Part shown: one piece after another, positions 50,604 through 61,220 of the stretch
Layout: each line of letters starts with the position of its first letter
Numbering within the stretch: position 1 is the stretch's first letter
Assembly (NCBI GenBank): GCA_031537795.1
Contig: JAVKNF010000012.1
Location: forward strand, 2,620 to 66,619
Direction of reading: 5' to 3'
Length of the DNA: 64,000 nucleotides
Source of the DNA: Candidatus Deianiraeaceae bacterium
GTDB taxonomy: Bacteria; Pseudomonadota; Alphaproteobacteria; Rickettsiales; Deianiraeaceae
Program-made: the position numbers and the translations under genes
Notes under the pieces: generated by a model
Told to the model about the DNA's origin: nothing
Database searches by the model: none
What the model saw: only the letters and a program-made list of their open reading frames with translations

Positions 50604-51758
50604 TCAATATTTAATAATTATATCTTTTATAAAGTCAATTTTTTTCTGCTTTACAAAATCTTTAATTGAAAGATTCATCTCTTTTAATTTTTCCTCATCT
50701 ATATTAATATTTATTTTATTAAAAGCTAAATCAAGAATAAATTTTTGAATAATTTTAGAATTAATCTCAAATAAATTCAAAATATTACTCGATTTAAACA
50801 TCTGAATATTCTCGTACACAAAAACATAAAACTCTAAATTAGGTGATAATTGTTTAAAAAAATTAATATTTTTAATAAAAAATTCTATAATTTTAAGCTC
50901 CTCTCTCTTCTTGATTAATTTAATTTTTACAATATTATTTAATATCTGGATTCCTTCTTTCTCATAAAAAATATCTATAAAATAAATTAACCTCAATACG
51001 AAATTATCAAATTTATGAAATAAAACCAAGTCTTTTTCTTTTATTCTTTGTATCTCTAATAACGGGAAGATAAAATCTAAAATCCCAAATTCTATTAATT
51101 TTAATAAAGAATTTTGAAGTTTAATTCCTAAAAAAATCTTTGAAAGTTCCAAATAAATTCTTTCCATTGACAAAATCTTAATTCCTTCTTTATTTTTCTG
51201 GCAAATAATTATAGTATCTTCATTGAAAGAAGCGTTATTTAATAATACAAATCTTAAGTATCTCAAAATTCGTAAATAATCTTCTTTTATTCTTAATTCA
51301 GCGGTTCCTATGAAAATTATTTTATTCTCTTTTAAGTCATTTATACCGTTATGAAAATCTAGAATTTTATCTTGAAAAGGGTTTATGTATATAGCGTTAA
51401 ATGTAAAATCTCTTCTTTGTGAATCTAGATAGAAATCTTTACAAAACTGTACTTTCGCATCTCTTCCAAAACAAGAAATATCTGATCTTGTCGTTGTAAA
51501 TTCAATGTTATATTCTTTCAAAACAAAAAAAACCGTGCCGTAATCAATTCCATAAGTAAGAATATTACCTTTCAAGTTTAAAAAATTCAGACAATCTATT
51601 ATTTCATTTGGCATTGCATCTGTAGATATATCTATATCATAAGGTAGCTCTTGCTTTTGTAAAATAGCTTTAGAGACTCCTCCTATCAAATATAATTCAA
51701 AACCTCTTCGTTTAAAATAGTTAAATATTTCTTGAATATTTTTTAATAATTGCATCAA
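50604..51758 (-). CDS. cca: tRNA nucleotidyltransferase / poly(A) polymerase family (CCA-adding enzyme)
   Basis: ELYLIGGVSKAIL..YDIDIST, TTRSD, RRDFTFNAIY, RILRYLRF. Confidence 0.7.
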   Translation of the reverse strand: MMQLLKNIQEIFNYFKRRGFELYLIGGVSKAILQKQELPYDIDISTDAMPNEIIDCLNFLNLKGNILTYGIDYGTVFFVLKEYNIEFTTTRSDISCFGRDAKVQFCKDFYLDSQRRDFTFNAIYINPFQDKILDFHNGINDLKENKIIFIGTAELRIKEDYLRILRYLRFVLLNNASFNEDTIIICQKNKEGIKILSMERIYLELSKIFLGIKLQNSLLKLIEFGILDFIFPLLEIQRIKEKDLVLFHKFDNFVLRLIYFIDIFYEKEGIQILNNIVKIKLIKKREELKIIEFFIKNINFFKQLSPNLEFYVFVYENIQMFKSSNILNLFEINSKIIQKFILDLAFNKININIDEEKLKEMNLSIKDFVKQKKIDFIKDIIIKY

Positions 51759-52602
51759 TAGGTTTCATAATATCAGCAGTAAATTTATTAAAATCTAAAC
51801 TGGAAATGTATTCATCTTTATGAGATATAACCCCGTAGATCGGCATATTAAATCTATGACAAGCAGAAAGTATGATGCCGTGCTTATCATTTACGTCTGT
51901 TTTTGTTGCAATTAAGCCATCTACACCTATTATTTTAGCAAAGACATCTAAATTCTCTAAAGCTTCAGAACCCAAAGTTAAATCTAAAGGAAAAACACTA
52001 TTAAAGACGGAATTAGGATAAACACTTTTGATTGATGTTTTGATTTTTTTTAATTTTAACATTAAATCTAAATTTAAAGCATTTCTACCTCCTGTGTCAA
52101 CAATAATAACGTCTAAACCAGATAAACTACTTTTCGAAGCGAGAATACTTTTATGTACATTATTAATTATTTCTTCATTCAATATTTTTACTTTATGATC
52201 TAAACTTTCTATAAACTGGTCTCTTGAGCCAGCTTTTGTATAGTCTAAAATTAATATTCCTGTATTCCAGCCGTAAAAACATAAAGTATTACACATTTTT
52301 AAACAAGAAGAACTTTTTCCTGTTCCATTCAAACCTGAAACGAAAATTATATGAGGAGACAAACTAGATTTTATCTCTATATCCAAAACATATGAAGTTA
52401 TTTTATCTTTAATTATATTATTAATATTGTAACTTAAATTATTTAAGTTCTGGATTTTTGAAATGTACAATTTCTTTAATAAATCATTCATAATTAGAGA
52501 TATAAGCTCTTGACTTATCTCATATGAGATTAAAGAATCTTCTATCTCGTGAAAGATTACGATATTTTCTTTTAAGAATTCACTCAAAGAATCAAGAATC
52601 AT
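51721..52602 (-). CDS. ftsY: signal recognition particle receptor FtsY (NG domain only)
   Basis: G1 SGLNGTGKSS, VIIVDTGGRN, ATKTDVNDKHG. The motifs are somewhat degenerate relative to GVNGVGKTT/DTAGR/TKLDG. Confidence 0.7.
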   Translation of the reverse strand: MILDSLSEFLKENIVIFHEIEDSLISYEISQELISLIMNDLLKKLYISKIQNLNNLSYNINNIIKDKITSYVLDIEIKSSLSPHIIFVSGLNGTGKSSSCLKMCNTLCFYGWNTGILILDYTKAGSRDQFIESLDHKVKILNEEIINNVHKSILASKSSLSGLDVIIVDTGGRNALNLDLMLKLKKIKTSIKSVYPNSVFNSVFPLDLTLGSEALENLDVFAKIIGVDGLIATKTDVNDKHGIILSACHRFNMPIYGVISHKDEYISSLDFNKFTADIMKPIDAIIKKYSRNI

Positions 52603-52726
52603 AAAAAAATATTATTAAATTAATTGATAATAAAAATAATATTAAAATCAACTAAATTCAAAGATAGATTAAATCTTAAAATAAAAAACTTTTATTTTAA
52701 AATTTTAATGTTATTTATGATTTTTA

Positions 52727-54544
52727 ATGAAATTAGAAAACAGCTTCTTAATTAGGAAATTTCCAAATCTTGCTAATATTATCACATTCTACAAATTATA
52801 TATTTTCAAATATAGAAAATATTTAGTCTTGGTCTTCATTACAATGATAATTGTCTCTATTTCGACATCGTTTTTAGGTTATATAACAAAACCTGTTATA
52901 AATGATGTTTTTATTAGAAAAGATGTTAAAATGTTGTATTTAATTTCTTTATCTTATGTCGTTTGCTCTTTAATTAAAGCCTTGGCTTCTTATTTTCAAA
53001 ATATTCTAATTTATTTAATACAAGAAAAAGTTATAAATGATGTTAGGCTTGATATTTTTAAGAAAATTTTAAAATTAAAAATAGAGTCAATAGATAAAAT
53101 AACAAAAGGTAAAATATTAACTCTCTTTAATGCAGATTTATCAATGATTAGTGAAAATTTTGCAATTGTTTTTCTAACAACTTTTAGAGATTTAGCAACA
53201 ATGGGCTTTCTTCTTTCTATAGTTTTTTATCAAAATACTGCTTTAGCTTTATTTGCTACAGTTATGTTTCCTTTGGCTCTTTTCCCCCTTAGAAATATAT
53301 CAAAAAGTATAAGAAAAAAATATCAAGATAGCCAAAAAAAACAAGATATAATGACAAACACAATCAATGAAACTTTATCTGGAATTAAAACTATAAAAGC
53401 TTATTGCTCTGAATGTTTCGAAATTAGAAGATTTGATCTTATTTTAAAACATTTATTTAAAGTTTCCTTCGGTTTCAAAAGAAGAGGTTCCTTCGGTTCC
53501 CCGTTTATGGAATTTGTGGGAGGTTTGTCTACAACTCTTGTAATTTTATATGGAGGCTTTTTAGTTATAAATGAAAAATCAGACGCTGGAACTTTCTTTT
53601 CATTTTTGATTTCTATAATTTTAGCTTATAAACCTGCAAGGGGTTTATCTGGAATTGGTTTAAAGATGAACGCGGTTAATATATCAACAGGAAGAATATT
53701 AGATTTACTTCTAATTGAATCTTCATACACAGAAGAATATAATTCCACGAAATATAAACAAATAAATCTTAAACAAAAAGAAATAGAATTCAAAAATGTA
53801 TCATTTACATACAAAGAAAAAAACAGTCAAGATGCTCAAAATGATGATATGATTCTAAAAAATATCTCTTTTAAAATAAAAGAAGGGGAAAAGGTTGCAT
53901 TTGTAGGGACTTCTGGTTCTGGTAAATCCACGATTGTTGATTTATTGATGGGTTTCTATGAAATAAAAGAAGGGGAAATATTAATAGGAGGTTTAAATAT
54001 AGAAAATATAAATATACAAGAAATAAGAAAAAATATAGGGTACGTCACTCAAGATTCATTTCTTTTCGACGGAGATATAAATCGTAATATCATTTACAAT
54101 ACAAAATCTCAAGAACCATACGATATATCTAAAATCAAAGAAATATCTGTAATAGATTTCGAAGAAGAGACTCAAAAACAAACAAATTTAATAGAAAACA
54201 CTGATAATGAAAATAAAATAATAAAACTAAAACTATCAATAGGTCAAAAACAGAGAATAGGTATAGCCAGAGCCATTTACAAAAACCCAGAGATATTAAT
54301 ATTAGACGAATCAACTTCAGCTTTAGATGCAATTTCCGAAAAGAAAATAATAGATAATGTTTTTGATAATATGCCAAAAAAGACAGTTATCATTATAGCT
54401 CATAGGCTTCATATTTTACCAAGATGTGATAAAATATATGTACTTGATAAAGGTGAAATAATAGAGGAAGGAACTCATGAAGATTTACTTAAAAAAGATA
54501 CAAAATATAGTAAAATGTGGTTCACAATGCAACAAGTAATTTAA
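52727..54544 (+). CDS. ABC exporter, fused TMD-NBD (MsbA-like)
   Basis: Six TM helices, then Walker A GTSGSGKST, Q-loop YVTQD, signature LSIGQKQRIGIARA, Walker B ILILDESTSALD and H-loop AHRL. Confidence 0.8.
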   Translation: MKLENSFLIRKFPNLANIITFYKLYIFKYRKYLVLVFITMIIVSISTSFLGYITKPVINDVFIRKDVKMLYLISLSYVVCSLIKALASYFQNILIYLIQEKVINDVRLDIFKKILKLKIESIDKITKGKILTLFNADLSMISENFAIVFLTTFRDLATMGFLLSIVFYQNTALALFATVMFPLALFPLRNISKSIRKKYQDSQKKQDIMTNTINETLSGIKTIKAYCSECFEIRRFDLILKHLFKVSFGFKRRGSFGSPFMEFVGGLSTTLVILYGGFLVINEKSDAGTFFSFLISIILAYKPARGLSGIGLKMNAVNISTGRILDLLLIESSYTEEYNSTKYKQINLKQKEIEFKNVSFTYKEKNSQDAQNDDMILKNISFKIKEGEKVAFVGTSGSGKSTIVDLLMGFYEIKEGEILIGGLNIENINIQEIRKNIGYVTQDSFLFDGDINRNIIYNTKSQEPYDISKIKEISVIDFEEETQKQTNLIENTDNENKIIKLKLSIGQKQRIGIARAIYKNPEILILDESTSALDAISEKKIIDNVFDNMPKKTVIIIAHRLHILPRCDKIYVLDKGEIIEEGTHEDLLKKDTKYSKMWFTMQQVI

Positions 54545-54604
54545 TTATTTTTGATTTATTTTTAATTTTCTTGTTTTTTATTTTTCTTATAGCTCCAATT
54601 AATT

Positions 54605-55327
54605 ATGTTGAATATTTCAAAATTTTTATCTCTTTTTGTTCTTTCTTTTTTATTTTTATACAACAATTCATATTCAGGGGCAGACTTCAGTGGCACTAAT
54701 TATTCAAATTTTCAAAGAGGAGATTCTCCTAATTGGATTACCGCTCAATCAATTAACGCTCTAGCGATACAAAAGCAAATGGGCGATATATTACAATTTG
54801 CACCTCTTGTTATAGCTTTAGGTTTCGTTTTATATGAACAAGATTCAAATATATTCAAATTAATAAAAAAAGAAAAAACAATGAAAGAATTGATAGACAG
54901 CCCAATGCAATCTTATAAAGATGACGGTTTATTACAATTAGCATTAGGAACTGGTGCAGCATTAGGAACTATGGGTATCTTTAAAATTGCAGTAGGAAGA
55001 CCTAGACCCGCTCAATATGAACGAGGGGAGCAAAATGGTTTATCTTTCTTCTCTGGGCATACAACTATAGCCTTTTCACCTTCTTTCTTTGTAGCTATGA
55101 GATATGGCTGGTTAAAAGCTATACCTTCTTTATTAATTTCAACATTTGTAGGTTATACTAGAGTTGCGGTTAAAGCTCATTATGTAACTGATGTTGTTGC
55201 GGCTGGTTTAGTGTCATTTTTATATTCTTGGTTATTTACTTTTAAATATGAATATAAAGGCGTTCAAGTGGCTCTAACTCCGCCAATCAGAGCTCAATAT
55301 GGAATAGGAGTTCAAGTCTACTGGTAA
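54605..55327 (+). CDS. PAP2-family phosphatase, secreted or membrane
   Basis: A signal peptide and the PAP2 triad KIAVGRPRP, SFFSGHT, RVAVKAHYVTDV. Confidence 0.7.
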   Translation: MLNISKFLSLFVLSFLFLYNNSYSGADFSGTNYSNFQRGDSPNWITAQSINALAIQKQMGDILQFAPLVIALGFVLYEQDSNIFKLIKKEKTMKELIDSPMQSYKDDGLLQLALGTGAALGTMGIFKIAVGRPRPAQYERGEQNGLSFFSGHTTIAFSPSFFVAMRYGWLKAIPSLLISTFVGYTRVAVKAHYVTDVVAAGLVSFLYSWLFTFKYEYKGVQVALTPPIRAQYGIGVQVYW

Positions 55328-55382
55328 TGAAAATTATAAACAATTTGACAATTATTAATTTACTTAAACAATATTCTCATTT

Positions 55383-55697
55383 ATGTTAAAAATTAGATTA
55401 TCCAGAGTCGGAAGAGTGCATTTGCCTTCTTATAGAATAGTTGTGATAGATTCAAAGAAATCTAGAGACGGAGAATGTGTTGAAGTTATAGGTTTTTACA
55501 ATCCATTACTTTCAGACGATAAACAAAAAATAAACATTAAAATAAATAGATTCGATTACTGGATTGGAGTTGGGGTTCAACCAACGGATACAATAGTTAA
55601 TTTAGCTAATAAAATTGGAATACAATCTGTTGCAAAGTTTGTAAAGAAAATTACACCAAAAGAAAAAGGCGTCTTCGCAAAGAAAAAGAAGAAGTAA
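55383..55697 (+). CDS. rpsP: 30S ribosomal protein S16
   Basis: MLKIRLSRVGRVHLPSYRIVV.DS...RDG...E.IGFYNP. Confidence 0.9.
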   Translation: MLKIRLSRVGRVHLPSYRIVVIDSKKSRDGECVEVIGFYNPLLSDDKQKINIKINRFDYWIGVGVQPTDTIVNLANKIGIQSVAKFVKKITPKEKGVFAKKKKK

Positions 55698-55749
55698 TAA
55701 ATTTTATAATTATCAAAATAATCTATTTTAGAGATAAAATCTTTTTTTT

Positions 55750-56034
55750 ATGAATTCTGGAGATCTTTTTGATGTAAGATTTTTGAAATACAATAAAAAT
55801 TATAGTTTTTATATCAATATATCATCTAAAATATTACCTAGAGCAGTAGATAGAAATAAAATAAAAAGAAGAATGAGAGTTATTGTTAAAGATGAACTCA
55901 AAAATAAATCAAATAAAAATAAAACCTTACTAATAAATAAATTTCGAAAAGATATACTAGATATTAAATTTGAAGAATTAAAATATATAACATCTAAAAT
56001 TATATCTATTAAATACAATAATCAAAAAAACTAG
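55750..56034 (+). CDS. rnpA: ribonuclease P protein component
   Basis: A small basic protein with LPRAVDRNKIKRRMR (the RNR motif region A..RN..KR..R). Confidence 0.6.
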   Translation: MNSGDLFDVRFLKYNKNYSFYINISSKILPRAVDRNKIKRRMRVIVKDELKNKSNKNKTLLINKFRKDILDIKFEELKYITSKIISIKYNNQKN

Positions 56035-56097
56035 ATTCAAAAAATTAATTTCAATATCTTTACTTTTAAAAAAATAATATCTTTACTTTTAAAAAAT

Positions 56098-57438
56098 ATG
56101 TTCTCGTCTAAAAAATTTATTGAAGAGATTTCAAATAAAAATAAGAATGAAGTCGAATTTCTTCAAGCTGTTCTTGAGGTTTCTTCAACTTTGGAAGATT
56201 TTTTAAATGAAAATACAAAATATTTAAAATATAAAATACTAGAAAGAATTTGCGAAGCAGAAAAAATCATAATGTTTAGAGTGCCTTGGTTAAATGATAA
56301 AGGTGAAATGGAAGTTAATAGAGGTTACAGAGTTCAAATGAATTCCGCTATAGGTCCTTATAAAGGTGGGTTAAGATTTCACCCTTCTGTTAATTTAAGT
56401 ATACTAAAATTCTTGGCTTTTGAGCAAACTTTTAAAAATTCTTTAACAACTTTACCTATGGGCGGTGGAAAAGGTGGTTCTGATTTTGACCCAAAAGGTA
56501 AAAGTGATAATGAAGTGATGAATTTTTGCCAAAGTTTTATGAATGGGCTTTTTTCTCATATAGGCCATAACACAGATGTCCCTGCTGGAGATATTGGAGT
56601 TGGAGGAAGAGAAATTGGTTATCTTTTCGGGCAATATAAAAAATTGAAAAATGAGTTTACTGGTGTTTTTACAGGCAAGAATAAAGAATTTGGAGGAAGC
56701 CTTATAAGACCTGAAGCTACAGGGTATGGCTGTGTAATTTTTACAGAAGAAATGTTAAAATTTAATAAAAAAAATTCGATCAAAGGTAAAAACATTGTGA
56801 TTTCAGGCTCCGGAAATGTAGCTCAATATGCTTGCGAACATATTAATTCTTTAGGCGGTAAAGTTTTAACGATGTCCGATTCCAATGGTTTTATTTATGA
56901 TAAAGATGGAATAAATCCAGAAAAACTGGCATATATTATGGAATTAAAAAATGTAAAAAGAGGTAGAGTTTCAGAATATACTACAAAATATAAAGCGGAA
57001 TATTTCGAAAATCAAAAACCTTGGAAAATAGCTTGCGATATTGCAATTCCTTGTGCCACACAAAACGAAATGAATTTAGATGACGTGAAAAGCCTTGTAA
57101 AAAATGGCTGTTTTTGCATTACGGAAGGTGCAAATATGCCTCTATCTATTGATGCTATTAATTTCTTGATTGAAAATAATATCTTATATGCCCCAGGGAA
57201 AGCTACAAATGCAGGAGGCGTTGCAACTTCAGGGCTAGAAATGACTCAAAATTCAATGAGATTAAACTGGGGGAGAGATGAGGTTTATAATAATTTAGAA
57301 AAAATTATGAAGAATATCCACAATCAAACTATAAATTTCGGAAAAGAAAAAAATGGATACATAAATTATGTAAAAGGGTCAAACATAGCTGGTTTTATAA
57401 AAGTTGCAGAAGCTATGATAGCACAAGGTTGCGTTTAA
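56098..57438 (+). CDS. gdhA: glutamate dehydrogenase (GdhA type)
   Basis: RVPWLNDKGE, GPYKGGLRFHP, LPMGGGKGGSDFDPKGKS, VPAGDIGVGGREIG, GSGNVAQ. Confidence 0.95.
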   Translation: MFSSKKFIEEISNKNKNEVEFLQAVLEVSSTLEDFLNENTKYLKYKILERICEAEKIIMFRVPWLNDKGEMEVNRGYRVQMNSAIGPYKGGLRFHPSVNLSILKFLAFEQTFKNSLTTLPMGGGKGGSDFDPKGKSDNEVMNFCQSFMNGLFSHIGHNTDVPAGDIGVGGREIGYLFGQYKKLKNEFTGVFTGKNKEFGGSLIRPEATGYGCVIFTEEMLKFNKKNSIKGKNIVISGSGNVAQYACEHINSLGGKVLTMSDSNGFIYDKDGINPEKLAYIMELKNVKRGRVSEYTTKYKAEYFENQKPWKIACDIAIPCATQNEMNLDDVKSLVKNGCFCITEGANMPLSIDAINFLIENNILYAPGKATNAGGVATSGLEMTQNSMRLNWGRDEVYNNLEKIMKNIHNQTINFGKEKNGYINYVKGSNIAGFIKVAEAMIAQGCV

Positions 57439-57522
57439 TTTTTCAAAAATACAACTGATAGGAAGCTAGGTGTTTAAAATACTTGTTATTTAATATTTTT
57501 AATATAAAATTCTGTGTTTAGT

Positions 57523-59609
57523 ATGTCAGAAGTAGCTTCAACAATTTCAGCACCTCAAACAATTTCAGATTCAGAAGGAAAAACAGAACAAGAGATAAAT
57601 GTTATATATAATGTAAAAGAACAACTGCAAGAAGAAATAAGCTTTTCAGAAAAAATAAAAAGAAAACTTGCTACTCCATTTATTAGTTTATATGAGTTCT
57701 TTGTTGAACCAAGAGAGATTAATATTAATGAAAATCTAAGATACATGAAAGAGACTATGATTAACGGAATAATCCGTGTAATATTATCTGGAAAGAATAT
57801 AAATTCTGATGCTAAAATCTCTAGTCTCATTCACGAAAAAAAAGAAGGAACAGAAGAAGTAGCAGAAGAAGAAGTAGCAGAAGGAAAAATAATAACAGCA
57901 ACATTCACAGGACAACTCACCACTGCACAAAATACACAATATGAAACTTTAAAAAAAATGTCTGTTCAAGAATTACTCGCAAGCAGAATCTTGATAACGG
58001 AGAGAAATGAAGATGAAAAAATAACTGTAATAAAAAAAATAAAAGGTACAAAAGAAGATGATTATCAAAAAAATAAAGACAGAATATTAGAAAAAGAAGA
58101 AGAAAAAGAGTACAGGGAAGAAGAAATGGAATTTGAGCAATTTTGTGATGCTGTAAAAGAAAACAGAATAAATATATTAGATCAGAATAATAATTTAATA
58201 AATGCAAAAAGAACGAAAACATCTCAAGAGCAAATAAATCAATTTGCTAATAAAGAAGTATTCAAAAAAAAAGACAAACAAAGTTATGATAAGTTTAAAG
58301 AACGATTTGAAAGCTATAAAGATATAGGGAAAAAATATCATAGTTCATCAAACAGCAATAAACTTGAGATGAAGAAAGATATAACAAGTCCATTTCCAAG
58401 TCAAGAGATTCAAATAAAAAAACTTATAACAGATGATAAAGAAACAATAGATAAAAAAAATATATAGATACTTTTGAATTTCAAGTACCTTATTATTTAG
58501 TAACAGAAAAAGGTCTTTTATTAGATGATGAACGCTTTAAATACGATCCACAAACAATAAACGCAGCTATTGCTCCAGAATTAAGTAAAGAAAAAATAAA
58601 AGATTTTGTAAAAAATCTATTTTTATCAGCATTAAAGAATGAAACAAATATAATATATTGCCCGATTTATAGCATTGAATCAGAAGATTTGCAAGAGTTT
58701 GTTTATAGTGCAATGAGAGAAGAGCAATCGCTATACATGGCACAAAATATAAATTTCTATCTACATCTCTCCCCTTATAAGGAAGGAAGAGAAGCTGCTT
58801 ATGAATTGCAAAATAGTCAAAATACAGACGATCTATCTATTTTATGCAATCTTGCAAAAAGTGGCGAGAAGATAACTTATGCCGTCTTTAATAAAGAATA
58901 CTTCGCAAATAAATTAAAAAATTATGGAACAGATATAAAATTTATAGAAGCTAATAAAGAAAATGAAATAGATTTTGTTTGCGAAGAAGCAAAAGAAAGA
59001 AAGGAAAATGAAATTTTTACAAGAAAGAAAATAAATAATGTTGAGAAAGATAAAGTTTTTACTTTTAAGTCTGATTTTTCTATTGATACAAATAAAAATC
59101 CAAATTATGAACTAAAGCATTCATTTCATCCGTTAAACAGATCTGAACACTCTGAAAATTCTAATATTATAAATCAAGCAAGAATATTACAGATTAGAAA
59201 TCAACAAATAGTATCAAATAATTTTGAAGAAAACCAAAATAAAGTTTTACTTAAAGATAGCTTAGAAACACAGAAAATTGTCTTGGGAAGCTCTGCTGTA
59301 CTTGGGGTTGCTTCTTTAGCCGCTGTATATATTTTAGGCACTTCAATGTTACCTATTATCGCGCTTCCAATATTAATTGCTGGTTTTGGATTTTATAATA
59401 CAAAAGAATTAAATAAAGACATAGAAAAAATAAATATTAAAATTAAAAATAATAATGAAGAAATTCTTAAAAACAACAATACAATAGAACATCTAAGAGC
59501 AATATATAATCAAAAAATTGAAAAAGAAAATCAAATTAACGAAGAAAGAAAACCAGAATCTTCACACTCCTTGAAAATTCAAAATCAAAGAAGATATATT
59601 TCAGAATAA
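57523..59609 (+). pseudogene. hypothetical acidic, C-terminally membrane-anchored protein, apparently split by a frameshift in an A8 tract (or two adjacent ORFs)
   Basis: Frame 1 ends with a TAG at 58465-58467. Frame 0 is already open from 58455 and continues to 59609. The two frames overlap exactly at A8 (58453-58460). About 78 in-frame sense codons precede the ORF-track start at 58689. Confidence 0.4.
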
Positions 59610-59647
59610 AGATTTAATTTAAATTTAGAATTAAATTAAGATATAAA

Positions 59648-59676
59648 TTGACAAAGCCCAAAAAATATGCTATTAT
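59648..59676 (+). promoter_or_regulatory. near-consensus sigma70-type promoter
   Basis: TTGACA (59648-59653), a 17-nt spacer ending in TGc (extended -10), then TATTAT (59671-59676). The ATG of the downstream ORF is at 59690, so the leader would be very short. Confidence 0.5.
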
Positions 59677-59689
59677 ATAAGTAGCAACT

Positions 59690-60280
59690 ATGAAAAACAA
59701 TACATTGTATAAAATTGATATAAAAAAAATTTCAATTCTTTTTATAATATTTTGTTTTAATTCTCTTGCATCCTCTAAAACAATTTTATATAATATAGAC
59801 GATGTTTCAAGTATAAATATTCAATATCTTCCTATAAATTGTGAAATAAAGCAAAAATTACCAAAAATAAAAAGAAATAAAAAGAAAGAAAGAAAGATTG
59901 ATAAAATTAAAGCAATTAGTATAAATAAAATAGATGTAAAAGCAATAAAAGAGGTCGAAAAAATAGAAGAAAAAATAGAAACTCCTATTCAGTTGAAAGA
60001 AAAAGAAGAGGAAGTGAGTATTTCTGAAAATAATCCAGAAGAGAAAATAGTTCAAGCGATTGAAGTTCCAAACAAAAAAATTATACATAAAAATATTTAT
60101 CTAATTGAAGATAAATTTTATGAAGAAGATAAAAATATAAAACCTATAACAATAAAATACAAAGACAACTCTTCTTTTAAATGTGAAAAGAAATGGGCCA
60201 GATTTATATCAGAGAAAGATTTAGAATCTATTGATAGCAAAATAAACGAACAAATCTTCCAGATAAATAAAAAAATCTAA
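59690..60280 (+). CDS. hypothetical secreted Lys/Glu-rich protein
   Basis: Signal-peptide-like N terminus ISILFIIFCFNSLASS. No family recognised. Confidence 0.45.
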   Translation: MKNNTLYKIDIKKISILFIIFCFNSLASSKTILYNIDDVSSINIQYLPINCEIKQKLPKIKRNKKKERKIDKIKAISINKIDVKAIKEVEKIEEKIETPIQLKEKEEEVSISENNPEEKIVQAIEVPNKKIIHKNIYLIEDKFYEEDKNIKPITIKYKDNSSFKCEKKWARFISEKDLESIDSKINEQIFQINKKI

Positions 60281-60288
60281 TCAAAATT

Positions 60289-61092
60289 ATGACATACAAT
60301 CTTTTAGCAATATATTTTCTAATATTTTTATATTTTTTCAATTTATATCATATAGATTATTTTAAAAATTTCAGCTCTAAAATTTATCCTTTATTTGGAA
60401 TTTTTAACTTTCTGGTTTTTTCTATAAAGAAGTTTTATTTTGGTATTTATCTCGCTGAAAATGACCTCTTTTTAGCTATTATTTCTGTTTTTATAAGTAT
60501 AACACTAGGCATGATTTGGTTTTTAACTAAAAATGTATTTAAAATTTTAAAATTTGATAAAGATCAAAAAAAAGAAGATTCAATCAAAGAAGAAATTTTA
60601 CCTAGTTTTTTATTAAGAGAAAGAAAAATACATCAGATTGAAGCACCAAAAACTGAAATATCTAATAAAAATAAAGATATTTCTAACACCGATTTTTTGT
60701 TAATGCCTCCTGCTGGGAAAATCTCTATTTTAGAGAAAGTCGATAAACAAAATAAAGAGATAAATGAAAAAATAAACCAAATTGAAGAAAATTATAACCA
60801 AAAATTTAATAAATTAATCAATGATTATGAAAGAAAGATACATAAAATTGAAGAAGAGAAAAATACAAAAGCAGAAGAAAATATAAAGAACGAGATATTG
60901 CTTTACAAAGAGAAAACTCATTCATATATAGAAGAATTGAAACAACAATTTTACAACAATGAGAAAATTGAAAATATAGAAAAGAAAATTGAAAATATAA
61001 ATATAGAACTTGGGCTTTTGATCAAAGATACTCAAAATTTTGTTGACAAAATTGGCAATATTATAGAAATAACAGGCACAAGAAATAAGTAG
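60289..61092 (+). CDS. hypothetical membrane protein with C-terminal coiled coil
   Basis: Three N-terminal hydrophobic helices, then a heptad-like Lys/Glu/Asn-rich region. Confidence 0.45.
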   Translation: MTYNLLAIYFLIFLYFFNLYHIDYFKNFSSKIYPLFGIFNFLVFSIKKFYFGIYLAENDLFLAIISVFISITLGMIWFLTKNVFKILKFDKDQKKEDSIKEEILPSFLLRERKIHQIEAPKTEISNKNKDISNTDFLLMPPAGKISILEKVDKQNKEINEKINQIEENYNQKFNKLINDYERKIHKIEEEKNTKAEENIKNEILLYKEKTHSYIEELKQQFYNNEKIENIEKKIENINIELGLLIKDTQNFVDKIGNIIEITGTRNK

Positions 61093-61167
61093 ATTTAATC
61101 TTTTCTCTAAAATGTTAAAATTCAAAAAAATTAAGGTAATAATATATTTAATTAACCCACTTTTTTC

Positions 61168-61196
61168 TTGACATTAAGAAAATATATAATTATAAC
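61168..61196 (+). promoter_or_regulatory. candidate promoter of the second IS1595-type transposase gene
   Basis: TTGACA (61168-61173), a 17-nt spacer, then TATAAC (61191-61196). Confidence 0.4.
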
Positions 61197-61220
61197 TAAT
61201 CAAGATTATTGATTTTGTTT

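Noticed and set aside
51721-51758. The 38-nt overlap of the ftsY 3' end with the cca 5' end as a sign of a frameshift or fusion
   Set aside because: Both proteins look complete at the relevant ends. The cca N terminus is needed upstream of the ELYLIGG motif. Short overlaps are common throughout this compact window.
54517-54699. A 60-aa ORF bridging the ABC transporter end and the PAP2 gene start
   Set aside because: It overlaps both neighbours, and its product is a Phe/Ile-rich artefact of AT-rich spacer. The PAP2 signal peptide is read in another frame.
12509-55350. Recurrent TTTGACAAT upstream of atpG (12509), adk (32741) and rpsP (55345) as promoters
   Set aside because: The TTGACA hexamers are real. 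When I indexed the positions 16-18 nt downstream I found no convincing -10 hexamers (TAACTT, CAGGTA, CAATAT). They are left as unconfirmed -35-like boxes only.
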